Source of the DNA: Patescibacteria group bacterium
GTDB taxonomy: Bacteria > Patescibacteriota > UBA1384 > XYA2-FULL-43-10 > 1-14-0-10-43-13
DNA length: 64,000 nucleotides
NCBI GenBank assembly: GCA_041671645.1
Contig: JBAZBD010000001.1
Location: 543,234-607,233, forward strand
Reading direction: 5' to 3'
The notes under the pieces are model-generated. The model was given only the letters and a program-made list of their open reading frames with translations. It was not told the DNA's origin and made no database searches. The translations under genes and the position numbers were made by a program. How positions within the stretch are numbered: position 1 is the stretch's first letter; each line of letters begins with the position of its first letter. Below are positions 10,064 to 19,079 of the stretch, in pieces.

Positions 10064-10960
10064 CTATTTTTTTATTTTTTGTAAATATGCGAAGCATGAC
10101 AAAGCCGCCTTGGCACCCTCACCTGCAGCAATGACTATTTGTTTGTAAGGTGAGTTTGTGACGTCTCCTGCAGCGAACAGGCCAGGGACTGAGGTGGCCT
10201 GGGCAGGGTCGCAGACTATCTGACCTTTCTCATCAATTTTGACAATATTCTCAAATAATCTTCTATCAACTACATATCCAATTTCGATCAGAATGCCGTC
10301 GCTGGTCACTTCTTTCCCATTGTTTAACTTGATTGATTCAACCTTTTTGTCGCCAAGTATCTCGGCAACCTGTACATTGTTGATAATCTCAATATTTTTT
10401 AATGCTGAAAGTTTTTCCATCAGCGCTTCCTCGGCCTTGAAAACCTCTCTTTTGGAGAGAATATTTACCTGTTTGGCAAAAGCTGCAGCGGTGATAGCGG
10501 CGCTAACTGCTGAATTACCGTCCCCTACAATCGAAAGGATCTTGCCTTTGAAAAACGGGGCATCGCAGGTGGCGCAGTATGAAACACCATGACCTTTGAG
10601 CTTTTCCTCGCCAGGGACTCCAAGTTCGCGAGGTTTCTTGCCCAAAGCTAATATCAGGGTCTTGCCCTGTACTTCTTTGGCCGAGGTTTGAACGACGAAA
10701 ACATCATCTTTCTTTTCGATTGATTTTGCTTCGCTGAAGATAAATTCAACACCAAAATTCTTTGATTGGTCAAATATCTTCTTGGCCAATTCGGCACCAG
10801 TGATCAAGCCTAGGCCTGGGTAGTTTTCGATCTCGCTGGTCTTGGTAATCTGACCGCCAATATCGAGAGATATGACAGCAGTTTTGAGCCCTCTTCTAGC
10901 CGTATACATTCCTGCAGATAGGCCTGCCGGTCCGCCACCGATTATTACAACATCATACAT
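10064..10960 (-). CDS. trxB: Thioredoxin reductase
   Basis: GGGPAG, GVSYCATCD, GLFAAGD. Confidence 0.93.
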   Translation of the reverse strand: MYDVVIIGGGPAGLSAGMYTARRGLKTAVISLDIGGQITKTSEIENYPGLGLITGAELAKKIFDQSKNFGVEFIFSEAKSIEKKDDVFVVQTSAKEVQGKTLILALGKKPRELGVPGEEKLKGHGVSYCATCDAPFFKGKILSIVGDGNSAVSAAITAAAFAKQVNILSKREVFKAEEALMEKLSALKNIEIINNVQVAEILGDKKVESIKLNNGKEVTSDGILIEIGYVVDRRLFENIVKIDEKGQIVCDPAQATSVPGLFAAGDVTNSPYKQIVIAAGEGAKAALSCFAYLQKIKK

Positions 10961-11004
10961 AAAACAGTTCCAATTAATGAATGCCTGATCATATTATTAC
11001 AATT

Positions 11005-11283
11005 TCAGCTCTTGTGCAACCAAAACATGTTGGTCTCGATTCGAACAAAAAGGAACTTCAAGACCATCCAAATGATCTCGCCAATATGCATCGTAGCGGG
11101 CCAGGCTCCTGGGATGAATAATAAGATTAGGATCAAAAATATCCAGTGTCCGTGCTTCAAAAGCCCTATAATTGAGCCTGCCAGAAGCAACAAAATCAGC
11201 AATGAAATAAAGAATTGCCCTTCAGGTGAGAAGCGCGAGATGAAATTGTCATAAAATTTGAAGGAGGCGTAGATTGGATCCAT
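11005..11283 (-). CDS. Small membrane protein, unknown function
   Basis: 92-aa hydrophobic ORF in a co-directional operon. Confidence 0.7.
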   Translation of the reverse strand: MDPIYASFKFYDNFISRFSPEGQFFISLLILLLLAGSIIGLLKHGHWIFLILILLFIPGAWPATMHIGEIIWMVLKFLFVRIETNMFWLHKS

Positions 11284-11287
11284 AAGT

Positions 11288-11401
11288 TTAAGCTGGTGGG
11301 ATTCCCTGATGTCCAGAAATTAATAAGGCGAGTAGCCCTGCGAACAGAGCTAAAAGGCCGTAAATGAACTTGTATATTAGACTTCTCTCGTCTTTCGGCA
11401 T
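11288..11401 (-). CDS. 37-aa single-TM peptide (MPKDERSLIYKFIYGLLALFAGLLALLISGHQGIPPA), below the ORF-track cutoff
   Basis: ATG overlaps the upstream stop (TAATG); fills the intergenic gap, stopping 4 bp before the next start. Confidence 0.7.
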   Translation of the reverse strand: MPKDERSLIYKFIYGLLALFAGLLALLISGHQGIPPA

Positions 11402-12240
11402 TACTTTTTGCCCACCACTACAACCAAGTCGGATGTGCCGACAACTGTATTGTCCATCACAGTGGTTACAGAATATGTTGGCAATGCGTCCTTGACCAAA
11501 TTCGCTTCGGCCTGTTTGCCTTCATGGAAATATATGATCGTGGTGGCATAAGTGAACTTTTTGGCGTTGGTAGTGCTTGTGATCTTGAATCCTGCAGTTG
11601 TGAGAAGCGAGCTCACTGTAGCAGCTCGACCTGTGACGCCATTGCCGTTCAATACCTTGATCTTGATGGCGGCCTTGTCGATGGTCGGAGTTGTGACAGC
11701 TGGAGTGGTAACGGCTGGAGTAGTAGCAGCAACAGGCGTCGTAGCAGGCGTTGTTTCTGTTTCTGTAGTTTGAGTAGGCGTTGTGGTTTCTTCAGTTGTA
11801 GTGCTTGCTGGCTCCTTCGAGGTGGTGACGGCCGGAGCGCTATCTTTGATAAATATCTTCTTGATCACCGCGAAGTTCTGCCAGACTAGAATACCAACCA
11901 AAACTACAAACAAAGTCCAGAGAAATCCAATGTTCAGCAGAAAAGTTTTTTTGTTTGGCTCTTTCTGCGAAGCCGTCTCGTTTGATTCAGTCATGGCTGG
12001 TGCCTTTTTGGAGTCCTTAAATTGTTTCTTGTCAAAAAACTCGTCGGCCAAGCGGTCGTTGCTTTTCTTCTTCGTCTCCTTGTCGCCTTCTTTGGAACTT
12101 AATTCAACTTCGGGCTCAGGAGGATCTTGAAGCAAATCAACATCAAAAGCGCCAGCTTTGTCAGCTATTTCTGCAATATTTCGCTCTTCAAGTTTTCGCC
12201 TTGGTAGGTGCTTGGGCATGATATCATTCGATATTCCCAT
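11401..12240 (-). CDS. LytR C-terminal domain membrane protein with Thr/Pro-rich linker
   Basis: IKVLNGNGVTGRA..TTIIY..DLVVVVGK; one TM; TTPAV repeats. Confidence 0.85.
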   Translation of the reverse strand: MGISNDIMPKHLPRRKLEERNIAEIADKAGAFDVDLLQDPPEPEVELSSKEGDKETKKKSNDRLADEFFDKKQFKDSKKAPAMTESNETASQKEPNKKTFLLNIGFLWTLFVVLVGILVWQNFAVIKKIFIKDSAPAVTTSKEPASTTTEETTTPTQTTETETTPATTPVAATTPAVTTPAVTTPTIDKAAIKIKVLNGNGVTGRAATVSSLLTTAGFKITSTTNAKKFTYATTIIYFHEGKQAEANLVKDALPTYSVTTVMDNTVVGTSDLVVVVGKK

Positions 12241-12300
12241 TTACCCTCCTTTTAGGAATATTATACCAAAACAACATTAGAAATGTCTAACTAAATCAGA

Positions 12301-13116
12301 TTATTGCTGTGACAAACTGTATTTGTTCCAGTCGTCCCCTACCACAAAGACAGTCCCGAGATCGGGGTCAAACAGAGAAAGATAATCAACATCTTCTGGC
12401 TGGATCCCCAGGCACATAGCGGTCAGGACATCTGCTTCGACAGTGTTGATGCTCGAAATCGCGAAATTGGTTGGCAATATGTCCTCGTTGCCGCTCGATG
12501 AGACGACTGTTCTGTGCCCGTCAATGACCGAGAGAGAAACCTTGTACTGCTTGAAAGTCTCGACTATCAATTCCGGGCTACTTAAATTGCTATTATGTTC
12601 CTTGGCGCCAAAAATTCTCTCGAGAAAGCTTGGTGCGTGTGAAGACTCAGCCGGAATAAGGTTTGCCAGTGCTCCAGCAAATTTCCCATCTGTAATCTTT
12701 GGCGTGGCTAGGAGGACTATAAAGTCTGATTCATGAAGAATCTTTGGCACCGAAAGCTCATTCTCACCGGCTTTAATCAAAACCTGCTCCTCTTCGTTGA
12801 GATCAGAGGCTGCAAAATCGTATTGGTCTTGAAATTTTAGATATCCCAAATCCTTGAAAATATCGAGTGTTTTGCCCTTTTCGGCCTGACCGGTTACGGT
12901 AATCTGCCCTTTGACGTGAGGCGTGAGGAAATTTAGCAATGCCTCAAGGACCGAAGCCTCGATAACCTGCTTGCTGGAGGGCCTTGGAATATCGACCATT
13001 ACAACGACGCGGGATTTGTTTTTGATGCTCTTGGTCACCTCGGTCTTGATCAGCGAAAGAGAGCGTTCGATATTGTACGCCGAATCTTTGGAATGTATGT
13101 ATGAGAGTTTTACCAT
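12301..13116 (-). CDS. DUF362-like protein, divergent
   Basis: Overall resemblance (DLNEE..VPKILHESDFIV..VIDG..AISSINTVEAD..LGIQPEDVDYL); canonical residues poorly kept. Confidence 0.6.
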   Translation of the reverse strand: MVKLSYIHSKDSAYNIERSLSLIKTEVTKSIKNKSRVVVMVDIPRPSSKQVIEASVLEALLNFLTPHVKGQITVTGQAEKGKTLDIFKDLGYLKFQDQYDFAASDLNEEEQVLIKAGENELSVPKILHESDFIVLLATPKITDGKFAGALANLIPAESSHAPSFLERIFGAKEHNSNLSSPELIVETFKQYKVSLSVIDGHRTVVSSSGNEDILPTNFAISSINTVEADVLTAMCLGIQPEDVDYLSLFDPDLGTVFVVGDDWNKYSLSQQ

Positions 13117-13224
13117 TTTCAGTAATGCCCTAATTAACAACAAAAACTTGGTGCCCCTCACGACACAAAGTTATGTTTTGGTGAATATATTGTACCATAT
13201 TGGTCGAAGTAACAGATCAAGAGC

Positions 13225-13833
13225 TTAGACGAAGCGACGGATCACGCCTCTGACTTTGCCCTGGATTGTGACTCGGTCTCTTTTGAAAAGCATTGGCTTC
13301 ATCGTCTTGTTGGCAGGTTGGAGGCGAATCTTCTCTTTCTCATCATAAAATCTCTTCAGCGTGGCATTAGCATTGTCGATCAGGGCAACCACGATCTCGC
13401 CGTTTCTTGGGCTTGCCGTCTGCTCAATGATGACGTAGTCGCCGTCCAGTATTCCGTCGTCAATCATCGATTCACCTCTGACCCTGAGAGCGAAGGTACG
13501 CTTGCCCATCATGTCTCTGGGTATGTCAATCGTTTCATTGGTCCGGATCGCTTCTATCGGCCTTCCAGCGTCGATCACACCCATCAGAATGACTGAGTGC
13601 ATCTCGACGCCGTCGTCGAAGGTTGGCGTGAGCTGGATAGCACGGGCTTCCATCGCGTCCTTGGTCAAATAGCCCTTCTCCTCCAGAATATTGACATATT
13701 CGGCAATCGTACCAGTCGAAGAGAGCTCAAAATAATGCGCAATCTCTCGATAACTTGGCGCGTAGCCATTGTCATCGATGAAATGACGAATAAATTCTAA
13801 GATGTCCTTTTGTTTGCGAGTTAGCGGCTCCAT
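13225..13833 (-). CDS. lexA: SOS repressor LexA
   Basis: LTRKQ..GYAPSYREI wHTH, AG cleavage site, GESM serine, ATLKR lysine; ATG 13833 with AAAGGAG RBS. Confidence 0.97.
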   Translation of the reverse strand: MEPLTRKQKDILEFIRHFIDDNGYAPSYREIAHYFELSSTGTIAEYVNILEEKGYLTKDAMEARAIQLTPTFDDGVEMHSVILMGVIDAGRPIEAIRTNETIDIPRDMMGKRTFALRVRGESMIDDGILDGDYVIIEQTASPRNGEIVVALIDNANATLKRFYDEKEKIRLQPANKTMKPMLFKRDRVTIQGKVRGVIRRFV

Positions 13834-13844
13834 ATTTGCTCCTT

Positions 13845-13902
13845 TGTTCGTGTTTTGTTTGGATAATCCAATTATAGAATTAGACCGAACAAAAATCAAA
13901 CA
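13845..13902. promoter_or_regulatory. Two candidate LexA operators (GTTY-N7-GTTY) upstream of lexA
   Basis: TGTTCGTGTTTTGTTTGG (13845-13862) and, on the minus strand, TGTTTGATTTTTGTTCGG (13902-13885). Confidence 0.55.
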
Positions 13903-13944
13903 AAAGACTGTGGATAAATATATCACGAGAGTGATATTGCGCTC

Positions 13945-13973
13945 TTGACGGCCAGATAGGATCAGAGTATAAC
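13945..13973 (+). promoter_or_regulatory. sigma70 promoter of the 6S-like RNA
   Basis: TTGACG-17 bp-TATAAC. Confidence 0.7.
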
Positions 13974-13979
13974 GATAAG

Positions 13980-14220
13980 CAGGGTGGTTTACGACAGATA
14001 GGTCCCCAGAAAAAGTTTAGTTCGCTCACATTGAACGACAAGACAATCTTCTTAAGTTCGTTAGTAGCTTTGATTTCGGTCGAAAGATCGAGCACCTACT
14101 CCCTTTAAAAGGGAAAAACGTCATTGTCGCAGTCTTGAGTTCAACTTAAATTGTGTTTCGACTAAATCGATTCGTCTTCCCCAGGAAAATTTTATATTGT
14201 TACTGTCGTAACCCCCAAGC
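13980..14220 (+). ncRNA. ssrS: Probable 6S RNA
   Basis: Terminal stem GGGTGGTTTACGACAG/CTGTCGTAACCCCC, central bubble, TTTAGTTCG/CGACTAAA, TTGAAC/GTTCAA, and GTAGC..GCACCTACT resembling the Firmicute 6S GGGAGC..GCACCCACCU; own promoter and terminator. Confidence 0.6.
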
Positions 14221-14250
14221 ACTCATTCGCCTCTATTCGAGGCACAAACC

Positions 14251-14280
14251 GAAAGACTCAGCATTTGCTTGAGTCTTTTG
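14251..14280 (+). terminator. Intrinsic terminator after the 6S-like RNA
   Basis: AAAGACTCAG-cattt-GCTTGAGTCTTTT. Confidence 0.8.
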
Positions 14281-14337
14281 ACTTTTAACCCCCGTATTTA
14301 GTCTTGACAAAAATTGCAAAACAGTCTATTGTGTATG

Positions 14338-14523
14338 AGCCCAGGGAACTGTGTGCTACACAAGATATTGGATGAGACCCGGGTCATGACTTGGGGAAGC
14401 CTGACTCTGCGGAGTCCAATATTTAGTGTGCAACGCACACAGGAGCAAGCCGTTTGGGGTTGCCAGACCCCAATATGTGCCGATGGGGATGTTAACACTA
14501 TGTTTTCATCCCCATTCGTCTTT
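14338..14523 (+). ncRNA. Unassigned structured RNA candidate
   Basis: Promoter TTGACA(14304)-17 bp-TATTGT(14327); long stem CTGTGTGC.TACAC.AGATATTGG / CCAATATTT.GTGTG.GCACACAG plus two downstream hairpins. Confidence 0.5.
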
Positions 14524-15813
14524 CTACGAGATTAGGCCTACACATTCGAGATGATAAGTTTGCGGAAACATGTCCAGAGATTGGACTTTTTTTAATTCCC
14601 GACCATATTTTTGAAATTCTATAATGTCTCGCGCAAAGGTTGCTGGATCACAGGAAACATAAACTAGTCGGGAGTTAGGGGCTGAGAGTTTGGAGAGAGA
14701 TTCAATCAGCTCAACTGTTAGGCCTGCACGAGGTGGATCAATAACTACGACATCAAATTTTTCGTTAAATAACTCTGACTGATCGCCCCTACCTAAATCA
14801 GCCAATTTGAACTCAATATTTGGTACTTTATTAATCTTGGCGTTGGCCTTTGCATCATTAACGGCTTGTTGGTTTAACTCTATGCCGACGACCTTCTTGG
14901 CAAAAGTTGAGAGATAGATCCCAATAGTTCCCGTACCGCAAAAAAGATCGAGTACGCTCTCCCCTATTTTGACATCGGCAAATTTCTTGATCAGGTCATA
15001 GAGAATCTCGACATTTGCCCCATTGGTCTGGAAAGATGACTCTGGAGAGATTGTGAAAGTGTATTTGCCAATCTTCTCAGATATGGCGGTAGCGCCTGAT
15101 AATAGATTTCTACGCACTCGTCTATCTACTTCATAGCAATGATAAATTGATTTGATATTTGGGATTTGCGACAGCTTTTCTCTGAGCTCCACTGTATTTG
15201 CCAGTTGACTTGAACTAGTAAATATTTCGACCATGTAATCATCGGTCCTTTTGCCCTCACGGAGTCTCAGTGACCTTAGATTTTTGATTTCATTCTCGTT
15301 TGCCCAATCTACGACTGCATTCATGATCAATATGGCAGTCTCGGACTGAAGCAAGCAGGTCTTGATCGGAATTAACTTCTTATAATCGAGATAATCGTAC
15401 ATCGCTAGCGATATCTGGCCGTCAACTTCCATGAATTGGAAGGAAATGGTGTTGCGATAATAGAAATCAGAGCGGCTTGAAATTATCGGCAAAATTTCGG
15501 TCTCTACCTTTTGGCGCTCCAGAGTTTCCTTAAAATACGCCTCTTTGAATTTTAATTGATCTGCGTATCCAATATTTTGAAAATCACAGCCACCGCACTC
15601 GGCAAAATGAGGACATTTGGGTTCAATACGTAATTTCGAAGGCTCAATAACTTTAACTATTCTTGCTTCAGCATATTTCTTCTTGTCTTTGATAACCTCA
15701 ACTTCCAGGGTGTCACCTGGGACTGATTTCTTCACGAAAATGGCTCGGCCATTCTCATCGTGGCCAAGCCCAAATCCTTCGTAGATCAACTTTTCTATTT
15801 TTAGAATCATCAA
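14524..15813 (-). CDS. rlmD: 23S rRNA m5U1939 methyltransferase (RlmD/TrmA family)
   Basis: TRAM domain, CPHFAECGGC, FQTN, DLFCGTG, DPPRAG, YVSC, DMFPQTYHLE. Confidence 0.93.
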   Translation of the reverse strand: MMILKIEKLIYEGFGLGHDENGRAIFVKKSVPGDTLEVEVIKDKKKYAEARIVKVIEPSKLRIEPKCPHFAECGGCDFQNIGYADQLKFKEAYFKETLERQKVETEILPIISSRSDFYYRNTISFQFMEVDGQISLAMYDYLDYKKLIPIKTCLLQSETAILIMNAVVDWANENEIKNLRSLRLREGKRTDDYMVEIFTSSSQLANTVELREKLSQIPNIKSIYHCYEVDRRVRRNLLSGATAISEKIGKYTFTISPESSFQTNGANVEILYDLIKKFADVKIGESVLDLFCGTGTIGIYLSTFAKKVVGIELNQQAVNDAKANAKINKVPNIEFKLADLGRGDQSELFNEKFDVVVIDPPRAGLTVELIESLSKLSAPNSRLVYVSCDPATFARDIIEFQKYGRELKKVQSLDMFPQTYHLECVGLIS

Positions 15814-15817
15814 AAAT

Positions 15818-17119
15818 CTATTTTTTGCATTCGCATTTGATCAAGCGGTCTTTGACTGCTTCAACCAAATCTTTAGCCTGATAGACTTCCTGGGAAGAAC
15901 CCTCGAGGTCACGAAGAATGATTTCGTCTTTGACTGCTTCCTGCTGGCCGATCATAATAGCGTATTTGGCGCCGAGTTTGCTGGCTGATCTCATCTGCTG
16001 ACGCAAGCCATCATTTGATGGGACAAAATATACGTTGATATCATTGTTGGATAGTTCGTCATAAATCTTCTTCGAAACTTCTTTGGCCTTCTCACCAAGC
16101 TGGAGGATGCAGACCTCGACGCCTCGGGTTTTGGCAGGCTTAATCCCCTGCTCCTTCATGAGTGCAATAATTCGCTCGATACCGAAGGAATAGCCAACAG
16201 CTGGAGTCTTGGCGCCGCCTAGAAGTTCGGCCAAGCCATTGTAGCGACCGCCGCCGACGATTGTACCCTGTCTGGCCTTGTCGTCCTGCGAAACGATCTC
16301 GAAAACGGTGTTGGTATAGTAATCAAGACCGCGGACAAGTGTAGGAGCTAGATCATATTTGATATCGAAATAGTCCAGAAGCTCTAGCGTGTGTTGGAAA
16401 TGTTTCTTGCACTCTGGGCAGAGAGTGTCGAGCATGATTGGTGCGCCTTTGGCAATCTCCTGGCAACTTTCTGACTTGCAGTCCAGAAGTCTAAGCGGAT
16501 TAGACTCATATCGATTTTGGCAATCTGGGCAGGATTTGTCTAAGTGCTCTTTGTAGTATTTCTTCAGTTTGGCTAGATATTTTGGTCGGCATTTGGGGCA
16601 ACCGATTGAATTGGTATTTACCACCAGATTTTTGAGTCCTAGCCGAGTTAGAATTTCCCAAGCGGACATGATAGCTAGGTAATCGGATTCAGCGCTTTCA
16701 TCACCAAATATTTCGACTCCGCCCTGATAAAACTCGCGGAATCGACCCTTTTGAGGTCTTTCGTGACGAAACATTGCACCAAGATAATAGAGCCGCACTG
16801 GCTGTGGCCAGCTGCTCATGCCGTTTTGGATATATGACCTGACGGCGCCAGCAGTACCTTCTGGGCGAAGACAGAGCTTGATCGCCTCATCATCATTTCG
16901 GGATTCGAGTGTAAACATCTCCTTCTGGACGATATCTGTTTGCTCGCCGATGCCCTTCTTGTAGATTTCAGAATTCTCGAAATGAGGGAGATCGAGACGG
17001 CCAAAGCCTAGTCCGGAAAGAGTTTTCTCAGTGACAGCTCGGATAGTCTGCCAGTATGGCTGTTCGTCTGGAAGTATATCTTTGGTCCCTCGTGGGGTCT
17101 GAAAATTTAACTTTGACAT
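15818..17119 (-). CDS. hisS: Histidine--tRNA ligase
   Basis: PRGTKD, LRPEGTA, FRHERPQKGRFREF, LVRGLDYY, GGGRY. Confidence 0.98.
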   Translation of the reverse strand: MSKLNFQTPRGTKDILPDEQPYWQTIRAVTEKTLSGLGFGRLDLPHFENSEIYKKGIGEQTDIVQKEMFTLESRNDDEAIKLCLRPEGTAGAVRSYIQNGMSSWPQPVRLYYLGAMFRHERPQKGRFREFYQGGVEIFGDESAESDYLAIMSAWEILTRLGLKNLVVNTNSIGCPKCRPKYLAKLKKYYKEHLDKSCPDCQNRYESNPLRLLDCKSESCQEIAKGAPIMLDTLCPECKKHFQHTLELLDYFDIKYDLAPTLVRGLDYYTNTVFEIVSQDDKARQGTIVGGGRYNGLAELLGGAKTPAVGYSFGIERIIALMKEQGIKPAKTRGVEVCILQLGEKAKEVSKKIYDELSNNDINVYFVPSNDGLRQQMRSASKLGAKYAIMIGQQEAVKDEIILRDLEGSSQEVYQAKDLVEAVKDRLIKCECKK

Positions 17120-17195
17120 CGTGTTCTCCCTATTAACTAATCTTGCCTCATGTTAGCAAGACCATAATCAAAAATCAAATGTGATCGGCACTATT

Positions 17196-19070
17196 TTAGA
17201 TCTCAATCAGCCTTTTGGGGTCAACGCCGGTAAGACGTTTGCAACCCTGTCGGTGAACCTTGAGCACATGCTCTCTTCCGATATAGCCGACAAGCTTATC
17301 AGTCGGCTTGGGCTTGCAGCAATTAGCATATTCGTACCTGATCCCAACGAGATTTTTGGGCTCTGCCGTCGTGGGAGCGAATATTTTCTTCTTTTTTTGT
17401 TCTGTTGTGACTAGCTCAGGATTGATCGCTTTGGCCAGACGGACGGCTTTGAGTCCATTTTCGCCAACGGCGATCAGGGCTTGTTTGATAGATTTGTAGG
17501 GCAATCTCTCGTCTTTGAGTCGATCGTTTTCGGAGACTTCCTTCTTCAGTCCAAATTTCCTGTAAATATCCTGAAGCCTGCGGATTCCTCGCGAGAGCAA
17601 ACTTTGCTCTTCTTTCTTGCGCAAGAACGCCCGGATATGTTGCTTGGCCTGCGAAGTGACGGCGAGGCGGAGCCATTCGCGTTTGGGCAAATTGTTCTTG
17701 TTGACCAGAAGCTCTAGTGTATCGCCAGTCTGAAGAGGAGTATTGATCGAAATTAGTCGGCCGTTCACTCTAGCGCCCGATAAGTGGTTTCCTAAATCTG
17801 AATGAATTCGATAAGCAAAATCAATTGCGACTGCCCCCTTGGGAAGCCTGACAATATCCCCTTTTGGGGTGAAGACGAATATCTGATCAGCAAACAATTG
17901 GTCTTTGAGCTCAGTCAGGAAGGCGCCGTTGTCGTTGATTTCTTTGAGTTTGACCAGTTCCTTGGCCCAGCCGAGCTGAATCGCCTTGGAGGAGCTGCCG
18001 TGGGCTGACTCTTTGTAGCCCCAGTGTGATGTTAGCGGGCCATACTCGGCCAATTCGTGCATCTCGGGAGTTCTAATCTGGACTTCGAAGACATTATTGC
18101 TGCGGGATTTGACGGTAGTATGAATCGATTGATAACCGTTGCTCTTGGGCTTGGCAATATAATCATTGATCTGATTTGGGACTGGTTCGTAGAGCGAATG
18201 GACAAGGCCGAGAGCCTGGTAGCATTCGCCAACAGTCTTCACGATTAGACGCATCGCCACGATATCATAGACTGTCTTCAAGCTGCCTCTGCGCTCAATC
18301 TTTTTGTACAAACTGTACTGTCCCTTGGTCCGACCAGAAATGCTGATTAGCCGTATCCCCTCTTTTTCCAAGTTGCGCTTAACCTCTGGGATCAATTTGG
18401 TGATGGCTTTCTCTGGGTTTTGATAGATTGAGGCCGCTTCTTCCATAAATTTGGAATATTCCTTCGGGTAAGCATAAGGAAATGCAGTGTCCTCAAGGAG
18501 CGTCTTGATCTTGCCCATACCAAGTCTCTCGGCAATTGGAGCGAAGATCTCAATCGTCTCTCTGGCGTAGAATTTTTGCTTCTCTGGCTTCAGATGCTTG
18601 ACCGTCTTGATATTGTCGAGACGATCGTAGAGCTTGACGATAATAGCGCCTGGATTGGTGGTTAGAGCGAAGATAATCTTGCGATAATTGTCAGCCTGCT
18701 CCAAAAACCTCTCGTCATCGTCAAAGATCTTTGATTTGTCGTTGAGTTTGACCTTCGAGACCTTGGTCACACCCAGGACGATATTGCAGACGGTATCGCC
18801 AAAAAGCCCGCGGATTTCTTCCTCGGTACCGGTAGTGTCCTCAATAACATCATGCAGAAGGCCGGCAATAGCCAGAGAGACATTGTAGCCGTCTCGAAGT
18901 AAAGCTAGAGCGACTCTTTTGGGGTGCTCGATATATGGGATGCCAGAGAGACGTTTTTGGTCAATGTGCTTGGTCTTGGCAAAATTATAGGCATGAGTTA
19001 GGTCATTTATCTCGGATACCTTAAACGAACCCAAGAAGGGACCGAATGATTTTGGTAGAGCTTGTGACAT
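17196..19070 (-). CDS. rel: RelA/SpoT (p)ppGpp synthetase-hydrolase lacking the C-terminal ACT domain
   Basis: LHDVIEDT hydrolase motif, DYIAKPKSNGYQSIHT, EVQIRT, TGS domain, CC..VHRxxC then stop. Confidence 0.93.
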   Translation of the reverse strand: MSQALPKSFGPFLGSFKVSEINDLTHAYNFAKTKHIDQKRLSGIPYIEHPKRVALALLRDGYNVSLAIAGLLHDVIEDTTGTEEEIRGLFGDTVCNIVLGVTKVSKVKLNDKSKIFDDDERFLEQADNYRKIIFALTTNPGAIIVKLYDRLDNIKTVKHLKPEKQKFYARETIEIFAPIAERLGMGKIKTLLEDTAFPYAYPKEYSKFMEEAASIYQNPEKAITKLIPEVKRNLEKEGIRLISISGRTKGQYSLYKKIERRGSLKTVYDIVAMRLIVKTVGECYQALGLVHSLYEPVPNQINDYIAKPKSNGYQSIHTTVKSRSNNVFEVQIRTPEMHELAEYGPLTSHWGYKESAHGSSSKAIQLGWAKELVKLKEINDNGAFLTELKDQLFADQIFVFTPKGDIVRLPKGAVAIDFAYRIHSDLGNHLSGARVNGRLISINTPLQTGDTLELLVNKNNLPKREWLRLAVTSQAKQHIRAFLRKKEEQSLLSRGIRRLQDIYRKFGLKKEVSENDRLKDERLPYKSIKQALIAVGENGLKAVRLAKAINPELVTTEQKKKKIFAPTTAEPKNLVGIRYEYANCCKPKPTDKLVGYIGREHVLKVHRQGCKRLTGVDPKRLIEI

Positions 19071-19079
19071 TATACTTCC

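Noticed and set aside
11690-11820. DNA repeats in the LytR-C gene
   Set aside because: Explained by a Thr/Pro-rich protein linker.
13909-13917. Replication origin
   Set aside because: Single DnaA box; no box cluster, unwinding element or dnaA/dnaN nearby.
14360-14425. Hammerhead ribozyme or SRP RNA
   Set aside because: GATGAG..GAAG..GTC lacks the CUGAUGA and GAAA cores, and the SRP CAGG..GNRA..AGCAG loop is absent.
13880-14535. Short ORFs 13880-14095, 14298-14498 and 14314-14535
   Set aside because: No RBS, they overlap promoters and structured RNAs, and no recognisable protein features.
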